Positions 23,041-35,256 of a DNA stretch of 64,000 nucleotides are shown one piece after another. The position numbers and the translations under genes are program-made. The stretch lies in the NCBI GenBank assembly GCA_963833425.1, contig CAWHXP010000013.1:128001-192000 (forward strand). Direction: 5' to 3'. The notes under the pieces are model-generated. The model was not told the DNA's origin, did not search any database, and worked only from the letters and a program-made list of their open reading frames with translations. Source of the DNA: an uncultured Methanosarcinaceae archaeon (GTDB lineage: Archaea > Halobacteriota > Methanosarcinia > Methanosarcinales > Methanosarcinaceae). Position 1 is the stretch's first letter, and each line of letters starts with the position of its first letter.

Positions 23041-23802
23041 GAGTATCAATATCCGTTGCTTCCACTTATCAAAAATTTCCAATTTTTTACTTTTGCTGTT
23101 TTTTTCATTTTAGAGTCTATTTCTCGTTTCGCCTATTTGTTCATCAATTATATTCGAGTAAGTATTAAAATAATAATTATTTTTTATTTGTTCGTCAAAT
23201 ATTTTCATCACATATTTAGCAAATGAGTTTGATTTAGCTAACTCTGCATATTTATCTATGATCAACTCTTGAATCTCAGGAATAATTCAATGTATTCTTT
23301 CAAAATGTTCATCTTCATAATTTCAAGATAATGCAAGTAAATTTAGATTAGATGGATAGGATATTAGTAATAATAACAACACTTCATTCTTTTGACCGTA
23401 ATTTCTGCATGATTTTTTATACTTTTAAGTTTGTGATTTAGGTAGTATGAACAAAAAAGTAATGTTTACGTTGAGAATGTAAATATGTTTTACTTCAAAA
23501 ACTAAGCATCAGTGAAAACATTCGAAAAAAAATTATCAGTAAAATTATAGACTTTAATTCCTGTTTTTATTATGAAACAAGATTTATGATAACAAAATTA
23601 TGCAGAATTAATCAAAATTTACAATCATTAGGGATGCTTGGCATCAGAAGGTTAATTCAAAAAAAATATTTTAATCTTTGATAATTAGCGGTAGGTAAAC
23701 CTAGTTGTAGATAATTTACTCAATAAATTTTAGTCAATTTTTAATCCCTATAGGACTAAAATTGTTGTTATTATTAAACTATCGTCCTGTGATTTAAAGC
23801 TT

Positions 23803-24656
23803 GATTCCGTTGCAAAAACTTCAAAAAAATATGTAAATCTATAAGTAATTAATAAAAATCAAAATATTCAAGGAAAATGTACTAATATTATAAAGCTATA
23901 CCAAATAATTGATTAATGTATTTGACTTCATTAAGAACAGAGTAATTTAGATCGATTACTTGTCCTTTTTTGATCATATTTATAGCTTCAATCCCTTTTA
24001 AAGTCTTATTAGCAGATCGAAAAGACTGAAGCTCTAACATTGGATTAACGATTCGCTTTATAGATCTGTGATCTTGTTCTATAATGTTATTCAAATACTT
24101 GATTTGTCGAATGCCTACGTTTTTAGGTAGTATTTTATCAATTTTTAGTTTATCTATAGCAGATGGATAAGCTGGATTCTTATCAACGGTTATTACTCTT
24201 GGAATTTGATTATGATTAAAACTTAAAGCTTTCTTAAAGAATCTCTTCGCTGCTTTTCTATTTCGTTTTGAACTTAACATGAAATCAATTGTATCTCCAT
24301 TTGAGTCAACTGCTCGGTAAAAATATTTCCATTTACCTTTTACTTTGATATAGGTTTCATCAACTCTCCACGAATTATTTGTTGGTCTTAAATGTTTTCT
24401 TATCTTCTTTTCTATTTCAGGGGAATATTGATGTACCCATCTCATGATTGTTGTATGGTAGACTTTTACTCCCCTTTCTGCCATCATTTCCTTTAAATTT
24501 CTATAACTTAATGCATATTTTAAGTACCATCTTACATTCAATAGGATAATTTCCCCTTCATAATGCTTCCATTTAAAGGAATTAGATAGCATGTTACTAT
24601 CTTTGGTTTTCTTTTTATTCTATTGTATCAGTAGAAAGGATTTTTTCAACGGAACC
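23803..24656 (-). mobile_element. IS6-family element, complete
   Basis: TIRs GATTCCGTTGCAAAAA / TTTTTCAACGGAACC around a 234 aa DDE transposase. Confidence 0.93.
23888..24592 (-). CDS. IS6 family transposase
   Basis: WRVDETYIKVKGKW, TVDKNPAY, NNIIEQDHR. Confidence 0.93.
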   Translation of the reverse strand: MLSNSFKWKHYEGEIILLNVRWYLKYALSYRNLKEMMAERGVKVYHTTIMRWVHQYSPEIEKKIRKHLRPTNNSWRVDETYIKVKGKWKYFYRAVDSNGDTIDFMLSSKRNRKAAKRFFKKALSFNHNQIPRVITVDKNPAYPSAIDKLKIDKILPKNVGIRQIKYLNNIIEQDHRSIKRIVNPMLELQSFRSANKTLKGIEAINMIKKGQVIDLNYSVLNEVKYINQLFGIAL

Positions 24657-24957
24657 CAACATCTTGAAAAACATTATTTACCTAGAATTATTAAAAATAT
24701 TTTATAGTGCATTAATTCCTATTAACTTATTGTTCGTTTTTATGACTTTTTATATGGAAATGATTTTTGTTCCGAAACAATTTCTCGTATAATTAAATAA
24801 AATAACTGCATGGATATTATTATTGCATCTTGAGCAAACAGACCAAGAAAATTTTAGTGAATGAGACCGGTCAGTTTGTATCCTTTGGGAAAGATTCCTG
24901 GAACAAAATGGTCATTTTCAAGTCATTTTAGGAGTTTACATCAAAACGGAGGTATAA

Positions 24958-25240
24958 CTATAGTATATACAGTTAAATCACAGAGTTGAAGATTATTCCA
25001 GATGGAAACATGTTTTCGATAAATTTAGCCTACGAGAGGAAAAGCTGGCTGTAAAGTTGTGCAGTTCTTTCGCAGTTTAGATAACCCTTACGAAATCTTA
25101 ATCCTTTTCTAATAGAATACAAAAGAAGACGCAACCAGTTTCTATGAATCAGAAAACCTGAAAAAAACATATCAAGATGCATGTGTAATCAGCAAGCTGG
25201 AAATCTACCTTTTGGATAAAATCGAGGATTTCTCGGTCTG
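24958..25240 (+). pseudogene. Small dimeric alpha/beta-barrel (ABM-like) protein relic
   Basis: Broken reading HRVEDYSRWKHVFD...KAGCKVVQFFRSLDNPYEILILF...ESENLKK. Confidence 0.35.
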
Positions 25241-25420
25241 ATTTGCAAAAGTTCAATGTAGCATTGTAGAAAAAATGCATATTTCCTCAAAGTATGCAGT
25301 TTTTTAGGGCATGAATCAACCCATAAGAGTAAAATGATACATTGAAAAATTCTTATCATTTAAATCAAATCGGACTTACGCAGTTAAACTGCATAATCAA
25401 TATTACTGAACCCTTAGAAA

Positions 25421-25891
25421 CTAATCTCCATGTTGTTTTTCTAGCTCCAAAAGATATGCCTTTATTCGAAGCCCTAACCTGTAACCAATCAACTTTCCAT
25501 TTGTACCGATCACACGGTGGCAGGGGATCAAAATTGGAATTGGATTATGGTTACTTGCAAGCCCTATTGCTCTTGATGCATTTTTAATGCCAATGCTCTG
25601 TGCTATTTTTTGATAACTTCGCGTTTCACCATATGGAATTGTGCATATACTTTTCCAGACGCTCAGCAGAAAATCTGTTCCAGAGAGTGCAAGAGGAAGC
25701 GTAAAATTTTTTCTTTTTCCTAAAAGATAGCTCTGCAGCTGTTCACCTGCTTCTTTTAGTAGCTTTGTTTCACATATTATAGCATCTGGAGGGATATTTT
25801 CTGTTTGAAAATACAGATTTGTAATAAAGCTTCCTTCTTCTGTTATTCCTATCCTCCCGATGTCTGTTTTATAAAAAAATATTTTCTTCAT
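25421..25891 (-). CDS. ogt: Methylated-DNA--protein-cysteine methyltransferase
   Basis: IPYGETRSY...NPIPILIPCHRVIG active-site motif. Confidence 0.93.
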   Translation of the reverse strand: MKKIFFYKTDIGRIGITEEGSFITNLYFQTENIPPDAIICETKLLKEAGEQLQSYLLGKRKNFTLPLALSGTDFLLSVWKSICTIPYGETRSYQKIAQSIGIKNASRAIGLASNHNPIPILIPCHRVIGTNGKLIGYRLGLRIKAYLLELEKQHGD

Positions 25892-26469
25892 GGTTATTGA
25901 TCCCCCTTAATTAGATGTCATCATTTTTGTACCTGCATTCTTAGTATATAGATAATTCCTATGAACTGCTATGCTCATTTTTTTATGAAATTTTGAATTT
26001 TTGAATAAATAGCTGTTTCAATTCTGAACCAAATTAACCAATATATTCAAAGAAATTTTTTACTTGTTTCAAAGGTTACTTAAATTTTTCATCGTCTTTG
26101 TTGTTTTCCATCTTTTTTTGAAAATTTCCTTAATCTTTCAGTACGATTCAGAGCAGGCAAATATTTCCGTAAGAAGAATAATTAAATATCCTCTCATTCA
26201 GTTATTTTTCTTAAGAAGTGTTCTCACTTAAAAGCGACTTACTGATCTTTTCATTCACAGCTATTCTATTCGAGTATCGAATCCTCTTAACTATTATAGT
26301 ATTCTTAATAGTTCTAAGTAAATATCGATTTCAAACTACTGTTAACATCTATTCTCAAAGTGTTAGTTGAAGCAAAAAGAAAAATTTTAACATAAAAGTG
26401 ATTTAATAGGGTCTATCCGAAAAGTAGATTAATTGTTAGTAGGGTAAATAAGCTAGAACGAAACCTCTA

Positions 26470-26940
26470 AACACCAGATCCTTAAGCCCCTCTGCGCGAG
26501 GATTGTAGATGGAATTCTTGTTAATGACAGAAAATAATATCGGCTACCGAGTCAGATCGCTTGCAGTAAGCCATTAACTGAGACGTGGTTGTAGAGCTAC
26601 TTTTGTCGACTCAAGCATTTTAGTCCATTAAATTAATTTTAATTGCTTGTCATATATTTTTATGGTTTCATGTATTGGTCTAATCTCCTAAGTTCAATTC
26701 CTTGATTGACATAAACGTCATCTGGCTTGTCTACTTCTCTAGAGCTGCTTTTTTGCTGATCCTAGCATCTTAGTCCTGCGGGTTAATTTTAAGTGCTTTG
26801 TACTAGGTTTTTATTGCTTCATCTAACCGGCTTAATGTCCTTAGTTCAACTCCATTATTAACAAAATTTTTCGATCCAGTAGACGAGCTTGCGGTTATTG
26901 CTGTTAATGATATAAACACTATCACAAGTAGAATGCAATT
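26470..26940 (-). pseudogene. TPR-repeat protein relic
   Basis: NNGVELRTLSRLDEAIKT*YKALKINPQD*DAR; a second decayed copy about 150 bp away. Confidence 0.55.
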
Positions 26941-27184
26941 AGCTTCTTATACATAATATGTATTATCAATATTCGTTAAAAAATATTGACAAAATAAATA
27001 TACTAAATATTATTTACTTATTATTGGAATTTCTAATGAAATTTATGGTTAAAATTGGCAATATTTGAGAATTAATTTTGACTAAAAAGGGAAATAGGCT
27101 TTGATTTACAGATCAAAAGAGTAGGTTTGAGCTTCTAATCTCAGCAAAAGCAATTTAAAAGCAAGAATTATAGCCTGGTGGGAC

Positions 27185-27374
27185 CAAAAAGAAATAGAGC
27201 AATATCGATTACCTTAAGGAATATCATTATTGCCCAGGAAATTAGAAGACAAAACCCTTCAAATTATCATGGATATTTAATCTATCGACATGAAGTTAAC
27301 ATCAATAAAATATTGTTTGTGTAGCTAGTGAGACGATCAACTAGATGCTTTAAAGCTGATTTTTCCCTAACTGT
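27185..27374 (-). ncRNA. Dispersed repeat copy 3: putative sRNA (3' ~190 nt)
   Basis: Homologous to 11459.. and 13049..; terminal stem GGGCAAUA/UAUUGCUC plus U-tract. Confidence 0.5.
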
Positions 27375-27767
27375 TGTCTCATTTTACAGGGTTTGCGACG
27401 TTGACCCTTTGCTTTTTTCCACTATATCGGTATTAAAAGTAGTATAACATAATGTATTTGTTGTATTTATGCAATTAAGTTGATACTACATGTTTTCTTA
27501 TTGTATCTACATAGATAATACATATTTTGCACAGTATTTATTGACTTATATTTAGTTAAATAAGACTTGTACAAATCTGTATACTATATAATTTTTTATA
27601 GCTTTTAATACATTATTCTATAAGGCCTGGAAATACTAATATTCCAGTCATAATTTGCAGAAAATATTTCAAAAAGGGAAAATATGTAATTAACTAAAAA
27701 TATGTTTAGATTGAATCGACGACTATAAACTTGACAGAATTATTAAATCAATTTATGGATGAGAGGT

Positions 27768-28680
27768 AATGAAAAAGAAAGAAAAATAATATCTTATAAT
27801 TTTAGTGTCAACAGCCATTTTTTTTTTGCTTTTAATTATCTCTTCATCTGCACAAAGTGCTTTTTTTGGGGGACAATATGCATGTGTGTTGCATTCTCTA
27901 GGCAGCGACTTCAGGGGTACTGTACTGTAATTGACATAGCAATGAACATTGTTGTATCCAGTGCCTGTAGAAGACAGACTCAATGGGTTTGCAATCACCT
28001 CAGATGGAACAAAGGTATATAGTAGCGCTTAGCAATACTGTCTCTGTAATTGACAAGCTACGCACACATTACAACTACAATGAAAAAGTAGAAGACTCTC
28101 CTTCTGAAGTTGCTGTAGGACTTCGGCTATCAACTCCAACACCTGCTCTGATATCTTCTCCAACACCTAGTCCCACATATATCAATATAACTAATGTTGG
28201 AAATTTGAATATTGTAGGACCTACAACTATTACAGATAACTAAGCTGGACCAATTACGATCAGTACCAAGGGCCTGTACCTGATCAAAGTGTCCCTCAAC
28301 TCCTAATCCCCCAGCTCTTATTCAAACCCTAGTCTTATCACTCCTATTTCCACAGAAACTCCTAGCCAAGCTCCTGATCCTCCAATCATACCCCACTCCT
28401 AGCCCCACCACTTCTATTCAAACTCCTGGTCCCACAAAATTTCTTAGTCAAACTACGAGTTAACTGTCAAAAACAATGGCTGGGTTAACTTCTTCGGCTA
28501 GTCAGTATACATCTGGTCAGACAATAAATACTTACTTCTAAATCTTGTGGATCTGAGAAACCTTCAGGTACAGTTACTTTCATGGATGGAACACACAAAT
28601 AGGGCACAAAACTGTAAATTCTGGACGATCAAATTTGACTACTTTGTCTCTTTCAGTCGGTTCACATTCGTCCATTTAAT
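27768..28680 (+). pseudogene. Cell-surface protein relic (YVTN beta-propeller, Pro/Thr linker, Ig-like domain)
   Basis: Signal peptide, GFAITSDGTKVY, SNTVSVID, PTPSPT linker, GTVTFMDG; many frameshifts. Confidence 0.65.
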
Positions 28681-29216
28681 CCTAAGTTAAATAGATTTTT
28701 TTCATTTTTTATCTTTTTTGTATTGTTGTTCATCAAGGGTTAGCTATTTAATTATGGTAATTAGTAATACCTCTATAAAATCTGCAATAGCCTCATAGAT
28801 CATTCCTTTTCTAGCCAGTTAATGGCTAATTCAATGATTAACTTCATCAGTATGAAGTTCATAACAGCGTATTTGTAATGGCACAAAAGGTTATGTGTAA
28901 CTACTGCAAGAACCTCCGAAAATCCTTGTTATATCTGCTCAGTAAGAAAGGAGATGGGTAAATAACATTTCTTGCAGCTTGGTGCGCCACATAAATTTTG
29001 TTATTTATATAATTCGTGAATAACTATCTCTTGAGAATACGAGTCTTTTTTGGGAAAAAATATATAGGATAAATTAAAAATAGCGCAATGATATTGCAAG
29101 AAGTTTCCTCAGAGAATTCGATTTTGAGGATGAAGAAAATTTTGCAAATATATGTTGCTATTTGAAAAGGAATAAGGGAACTATATTTTTTGTAAGAGTT
29201 TTCAAGAAGAAGGGTT

Positions 29217-30005
29217 ATGATGAAAAAATCACTTATTGACTTGGCATTTCTTTCAGAAAAAAGAAAAGATGTGTTGCTCCTGTTGGAAGAAGGGCCTAAA
29301 ACGGGTGAAGATATCAAAACAGCCCTTAACGTCAAATCGACTTCTATTATGCCTCAAATCAAAAAATTAAAGGATGGACATCTAATAGTACAGGATAATA
29401 AAAACAACTACAAGCTCTCTAGTATGGGAGAATTAGTAGTCGAAAAAATGGGCCCTCTATTGAATACAGTGAGAGTTTTTGAGGAAAATTATGATTACTG
29501 GATAAACCATGACCTTACTGTAATTCCTGAATATCTCCGTAACAGGATTAATGAACTCGGGAACTATTTCATGCTTGAGGCTGACCTTAACAGACTTTTT
29601 GAAATACCTGAAGATTTTAAGAATAACTTCTTGGAATCTTGCTACATAAAAATATTTCTTTCATATTTCAATCCCCTTTATCTTGAAATGTATTCTGACC
29701 TCGCAAGAAAAGGAGCCGAATTGCACCTCATCCTGACAGAACCGATTTTTAGCAGGATGAAAAAAGACTACTATGAGAATTTGAAGTCTCTTATAAAATC
29801 AAAAAATACTGAAATCTACATTTGCAACAAAGAAGTAAACCTCGAAAATGTTGTAACAGAGCGTTTCTGTTCGCTTGTGCTTTTCGACAAAAAGGGAAAA
29901 TTTGATCATCAACGCTTAATTAGTTATGACAAAAGTGCAATTAAGTGGTGTGAAGGGCTCTTTTTGTACTATAAAGAGAGATCATTGCTTCTGGAGAAAT
30001 TATAA
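29217..30005 (+). CDS. Winged-helix transcriptional regulator with DUF1724-type domain
   Basis: FLSEKRKDVLLLLEEGPKT...PQIKKL N-terminal wHTH; YWINHDLTVIP; SAIKWCEGLFLYY. Confidence 0.85.
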   Translation: MMKKSLIDLAFLSEKRKDVLLLLEEGPKTGEDIKTALNVKSTSIMPQIKKLKDGHLIVQDNKNNYKLSSMGELVVEKMGPLLNTVRVFEENYDYWINHDLTVIPEYLRNRINELGNYFMLEADLNRLFEIPEDFKNNFLESCYIKIFLSYFNPLYLEMYSDLARKGAELHLILTEPIFSRMKKDYYENLKSLIKSKNTEIYICNKEVNLENVVTERFCSLVLFDKKGKFDHQRLISYDKSAIKWCEGLFLYYKERSLLLEKL

Positions 30006-30032
30006 TTGCCTTTCTAGAAATCACTTTTTAAA

Positions 30033-30410
30033 TTAATCTGAGTATTCCCCAAGATACTTGTCGATCAGTTTTCTGAACTTGTTAATATCAATAGGCTTAG
30101 AAATATAATCCACACAGCCCATTTCAATGAAATGTTCTTCACTACCTTTCATAGCGTGAGCTGTAACAGCTATCACAGGTATACATGCAGTTGAAGGATT
30201 CATTTTAATTCTTTCTAAAACCTCAAGGCCGTCCATTTTGGGAAGTTGCATATCGAGCAGAATGATATCAAATCTTTCCTCAGCAAGGCGCTCAAGGGCT
30301 TTGATCCCATCCTCAGCCTCAGTTACATTATGACCATAGAATTCCAGAAGGTCTAAAATCAGTTCCATATTCATGGGATTATCTTCAACAATCAGGATTT
30401 TTTTCATCAT
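30033..30410 (-). CDS. Single-domain response regulator
   Basis: ILIVEDN, ILLDMQLPKMDG, VTA, YISKP. Confidence 0.93.
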   Translation of the reverse strand: MMKKILIVEDNPMNMELILDLLEFYGHNVTEAEDGIKALERLAEERFDIILLDMQLPKMDGLEVLERIKMNPSTACIPVIAVTAHAMKGSEEHFIEMGCVDYISKPIDINKFRKLIDKYLGEYSD

Positions 30411-33400
30411 TAAGCCTCTTAAGCATAACTAATTGCTTCATTCTATTAATCAACTCTCTTCTTACAAAAGCGCCTTGTTTCATAATAAAAATTAAATGCG
30501 CTTTCAATTCACTATTTAACTCATCAATATTTTTCTCAGTAAACTCCCCAGAAGTACACACAATGATAGGGATGTCTTTTGTGTGTACATCTGCTCTTAA
30601 GCTGGAAATGATATCAAATCCACTTATTTCCGGCATCATGAGATCAAGGATCAGGATATCGGGTTTCTTACCTGAAAAGAGCTTTGGTAGGCCTTCTTTT
30701 CCACTATAAGCCTTAATCACTTCAAATCCCTCGGACTCGATCATGGAGTTTAACAATTCTACAGTGTTCTCATCATCGTCTACAATAAGAACAGTTGGAT
30801 TTTCTAACCTGAGTTTAGTAGCGATTCCTTTTAGTGAACACACCAATTCAGCTCTTTTTACGGGTTTTGTAAAAGAATATGTTGCTCCAAAAGCAATTCC
30901 AAGCTCGTTATTGTTGGTAGTTGAAATAATAAGTATCGGAGTTGAAGCTGTATAAGAGTCATTTTTGAGCTGCTTCAAAACAAGCCACCCATTAGTGTCC
31001 GACAGGAAAACATCAAGGACAATAATATAGGGTTTTAGTCTCTTTGTAACGTTTAATACATTTTTCCCACCGTAAAGAGAAGCTACGCTATATCCACTCT
31101 CTTTGAGGATAGTTGAGAGAAGTTCGTTGGAATTTTTGTCGTCGTCAACTACCAGAACAAGTCTATGTTCTGCATTTTTCTTTTCAGGAGGATATATTTC
31201 AGGTAGCTCTATTCCTTCCTGCAAATTTTCGCTACATTCAATTACGGAAAGCGCTTTTGATTTGTTCATTTCTAATTCAACAATTATTTCTTCGAGTCCA
31301 ATTTCGTTAGCTTTCCTGGACTCGGTATGTTTTTTTAGAGGAATTGCAAATATAAATGTACTTCCTTTCTCAACATCGCTTTCAATCCAGATATCTCCCT
31401 GATGCATGTTTACAATTTTCCTTACGAGAGCGAGCCCGAGCCCTGTTCCGCAATACTGTCTGGATGCGGAGGCATCAATCTGGGTAAATGGTTGAAAAAG
31501 TTTTCTCTGGTCTTCAGGAGAAATGCCTATCCCAGTGTCTATCACTGAAATAAATGCTCTACTTCCGCGTTTTTTACAAGAAAGATATATTTTTCCCTCG
31601 TCTGGAGTAAATTTGATTGCATTGCTAGCAAGGTTGTAAAGCACCTGGATAAGGCGACTTCTGTCAGCTTCCAGAGTTGTAACGGAATCTATGCTGAAAG
31701 CTATTTCAATGGATTTTTTCTGAGCAAGGGGAGCCAGAACTGCTATGACCTCCTCAAAAACAGAATTAACAGAAAATTCGCTGTAGTAAAGTTCCATTTT
31801 TCCCGCTTCAACTTTAGAGAGATCAAGAATATCATTTATAAGTTCCAGTAAATGCTTCCCACTAGTAGAGATGTTATTTATGTATCTCAATTGTTTTTCA
31901 TTAAGTTCTCCAAAAACCCTATCAAGCAGAATATCCGAAAACCCTATGATGGAATTAAGAGGCGTCCGTAATTCGTGACTCATATTAGCAAGAAATTCAC
32001 TCTTAGTACGGTTGGCTCCTTCAGCTTCTAATTTTGCCTGAAGCAGCCTCTCCTCTGAACGCTTGTGTGCGGTAATATCAAGACCTGTTTGCAGAATGCC
32101 AGTAATCCTGTCGTCTTCATCTCTAATAAGATTTGCGCAGATCATCCAGACTTTTCCTTCCGGAGTGATAACTTCTCCTAACTCTTCAGCTCCTGATTCA
32201 AGAGCTTTTCTTACGTAAGACTTACCAGAAATCTTGTCGCACATGGTGAAAAATTTTTCATAATAAGATCCTACAACTTCCTCGAGTTTTAAACCGATAT
32301 ATTTCAGAGAAGCCTTGTTAGCCCAGACAATTTTCAACTCAAGGTCTACAAGAACTATTAGTTCACTTAGAGAGTTAAGAATAGCCTTTTTTTCATGTTC
32401 CTGAGCTTTAAATTTATCAGAAGTCATTTTAAGATGATCAAGCATCCGGTTTATCCCTTCTGTCAGCCTTGATAGCTCATCATCTCCATCCATAGAATAG
32501 CGTGCTGCAAAATCTTCGCTCTTTCCAACTTTTTCTATATATTTGTCAATAAGTACTATCCGAGAAACTACTTCTCTGTCAAGAAGAAGCTTGCAGCATG
32601 CCCCAACCATCAATCCTGCAAACAAAAGGAAGATAACAATATACCTGAGGGACTTCTGGCCTTCAGCATAGATGTTCCTGTCAGAATTTGTTCGAATAAT
32701 AAAAGCGGGGTTTCCGTTTATGTCTTCGTTGATAAAATAACCGGTTACTTTATTTTCTCTGACAGTACGAGTAAAACTCTTGTCTTTGTTTTCTAAAAAG
32801 GCTTGTTGGAATTCAGGAAGTGAGCTATCATACTTCTGGAGCGAAATCCGGTTTCCAGTTATAACCTGTAAATATTCTATAAAATTAGCATCAAGATTCT
32901 CTCCTAGTATAATTGTTCCAATTATTTCTTTACTATTGGGTGCTGCAAACACAGGCCGACATGAGATAATTACAGGACCATTTTCCAGCACAAGGATCCC
33001 TTTCAAAGGACATTTCTCATCCTTACATAAGAGGCTATTATCAACTATCTTCTGGTCTATTTGTGAATGAATTAAGGCATTACTAGTATTGTTTGAACTC
33101 GAAATCTGAGAGTATATTGTATTCCCTAAACTATTAACACAAAATATAAAGTCGTACTCCCTCGGGGAGAACAGATCAGTGAGTAAAATTTTGCTGAGGG
33201 ATTCACGATCCTGGTTAATCACAAAAGCCCTGATATCTTCCCTTGAAGAAAGTATAGAGTTAGTATTATCCAGTTGTGCAGTCTGCAAATCAATTATATG
33301 TTTCACGTTTTTCGCGTTATCAATTGCTTCTTTTTCTTCCAGGTGGGAGAAGCTCGAATAGAGAATTCCCTGGGATGCAAAAATAACAACAGAAGTTAGA

Positions 33401-33450
33401 AGAGCAAAAATTACATAGATGATAATAAGGACCTTTTTACTAACATTCAT
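30385..33450 (-). CDS. Hybrid sensor histidine kinase (CHASE4-HAMP-PAS-HisKA-HATPase-REC-REC)
   Basis: Two TM segments; FLANMSHELRTPLN, NAIKFT, DTGIGI, GTGLGL; two receiver domains; overlaps the response regulator start. Confidence 0.93.
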   Translation of the reverse strand: MNVSKKVLIIIYVIFALLTSVVIFASQGILYSSFSHLEEKEAIDNAKNVKHIIDLQTAQLDNTNSILSSREDIRAFVINQDRESLSKILLTDLFSPREYDFIFCVNSLGNTIYSQISSSNNTSNALIHSQIDQKIVDNSLLCKDEKCPLKGILVLENGPVIISCRPVFAAPNSKEIIGTIILGENLDANFIEYLQVITGNRISLQKYDSSLPEFQQAFLENKDKSFTRTVRENKVTGYFINEDINGNPAFIIRTNSDRNIYAEGQKSLRYIVIFLLFAGLMVGACCKLLLDREVVSRIVLIDKYIEKVGKSEDFAARYSMDGDDELSRLTEGINRMLDHLKMTSDKFKAQEHEKKAILNSLSELIVLVDLELKIVWANKASLKYIGLKLEEVVGSYYEKFFTMCDKISGKSYVRKALESGAEELGEVITPEGKVWMICANLIRDEDDRITGILQTGLDITAHKRSEERLLQAKLEAEGANRTKSEFLANMSHELRTPLNSIIGFSDILLDRVFGELNEKQLRYINNISTSGKHLLELINDILDLSKVEAGKMELYYSEFSVNSVFEEVIAVLAPLAQKKSIEIAFSIDSVTTLEADRSRLIQVLYNLASNAIKFTPDEGKIYLSCKKRGSRAFISVIDTGIGISPEDQRKLFQPFTQIDASASRQYCGTGLGLALVRKIVNMHQGDIWIESDVEKGSTFIFAIPLKKHTESRKANEIGLEEIIVELEMNKSKALSVIECSENLQEGIELPEIYPPEKKNAEHRLVLVVDDDKNSNELLSTILKESGYSVASLYGGKNVLNVTKRLKPYIIVLDVFLSDTNGWLVLKQLKNDSYTASTPILIISTTNNNELGIAFGATYSFTKPVKRAELVCSLKGIATKLRLENPTVLIVDDDENTVELLNSMIESEGFEVIKAYSGKEGLPKLFSGKKPDILILDLMMPEISGFDIISSLRADVHTKDIPIIVCTSGEFTEKNIDELNSELKAHLIFIMKQGAFVRRELINRMKQLVMLKRLNDEKNPDC

Positions 33451-34369
33451 ACTTTATACTCGGGGGATATGCATTAGGTTTGAGCATGAGGTGAGTTTAT
33501 AATAAATTATAAACAGATAATCTTAAAGGAAATACTATATAAAAGTTTTCAATGTATTTATGATTCTAAATGTCTTCAATTCACACCATTTTTACAAATC
33601 ATGATAAAATGAAAAAAAAAATCATTGGAGGTAATGGAATCATCATTTATGACAAAATAGTTTTTACAGTATACACTAATGAAAATTAATCCTTCATAAT
33701 TTTGGATAAAGCAGATTTGACTAAATTTATGAATATATACCATTTTATCATTTAAGAATTGCCGATGGCACAAATACCAAATCCAAAGATGAAGGATAAA
33801 GTAAACCTTCGATTTTTTTCATTTTCATTCAAACCCCAAAATCATCACTTAATTGTAAAGCGAGTTTGTTTTTGGCACTATGATTAAATATGGGTATCAC
33901 CGCATCAGACCTGGATTTGATGTACATTAGAATTAAGCAGCTTTATCTAGGGCTAAGATCAGATCACCTCAAAAATATTTTTGGTACCTAAGTATTGATA
34001 CAACATATGACTACATGAGTAAATTAAAAAGGATTGGTGCCCATCCCTTCACTAGTTTCATGGAGCAGGTAAAGAATTTATTCTATTTGAGGGGGTAGAA
34101 CCTCGATCTCACTCTTTCCGCAATTCCATACCAGCAACTCTCTATCAAAGGTAGCTCAATATTTGAAAAAAAATAATCCTCAAAGACTTTTCAAAGCCAT
34201 TTTTAATTGGAAAAATATATTGTGATGAGTTTCCTTTATCAAGTGGTAAGTTTTATCGATTCTTTGGGGATGTGACAGCTAACAAAACAAAAACTATATT
34301 AAGAAATCTCAGAAGGAGCCGAAAGCAAAGTTTTAATTATCTAGGTTAAAGAAATGCGTTCAAACAAGA

Positions 34370-35064
34370 GAGGATTTTGATAAACTTCGGATTTTATTTA
34401 TTAGATGTAATTTATCGTATCTTCCCCTCAATTTCTCTATTTAATTCCTCTTTTTGGCTTTACTTATTCTCAATTCTTTGATTTTAAAGATAGCTTCCGC
34501 TATCTTCAATATACTTTTTTTATTTCCGCCTCATCTCTCTGTTTTTGCATGTCCTGAATCTGAATGGATAAAAGTAGCATCCTGAATCAGTCCCTGCTTT
34601 ATCTGTAAATCCAGAGCATCAAGTTGGCTTTGCAACTTTTTCCATATTTTCTTTGAAATTCTCGATAATTCTCTTCCTAAATAGCCATACAGTAGTACTA
34701 TAAGGTATGTATTCCGGAAATCCACGGAATTTCCTAAAAGAAATTCGATCTATACACTATTTCTCAAGTTCAAAATCAGAGAGCCTGTACCATTGTTGTA
34801 AAACAAGCATTTTGAACATCACAATGACACCAGTTTCAGGTCTCCCTTCTGAAACGGTTTTGTTAATATACATAGACTAAAGAATAATACGAAAAAGTTT
34901 CTAATCAATTAAGGAAGCAATTTCAGCAATCTTATCTCCAACAGCTTCAAGACGTTATACTCTTCTTTAAGATCAAAATCGATAAGAGTTTTCATGAATA
35001 TACATAAATATTGACAAATTTAAAGTCAACCATGCTCAAGAGCATGGAGGTTCTCGAAATTCTC
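34370..35064 (-). mobile_element. Internally deleted IS5-family element
   Basis: Both TIRs present; near-identical to both ends of 48831..49973 with about 450 bp missing. Confidence 0.88.
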
Positions 35065-35108
35065 AAGAATCAATTATTTCTAATTTTCGACAAAACTAGA
35101 AGAAGCTA

Positions 35109-35256
35109 GAAGTATCCCAATCCTTTAGTGTGTGATGTTTCCTTGCTGTCCTTGCAGAAATTTCAAGGCAGTTTCCAGGAGCTTTTCAATTGTATTAAAT
35201 TTCGTATACGGGAAATTATTTCAGTTGAATATCCAGTACCTTACTGCGGGGATGAA
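35109..35256. mobile_element. Degenerate IS200/IS605-type non-autonomous element
   Basis: Two direct imperfect-palindrome ends TATCCCAATCCTTTAGTGTGTGATG and TATCCAGTACCTTACTGCGGGGATG. Confidence 0.4.

Noticed and set aside
33900..34150. GATCACCTC (anti-SD-like) and small hairpins upstream of the kinase
   Set aside because: No promoter or terminator context and no second copy; too weak to call
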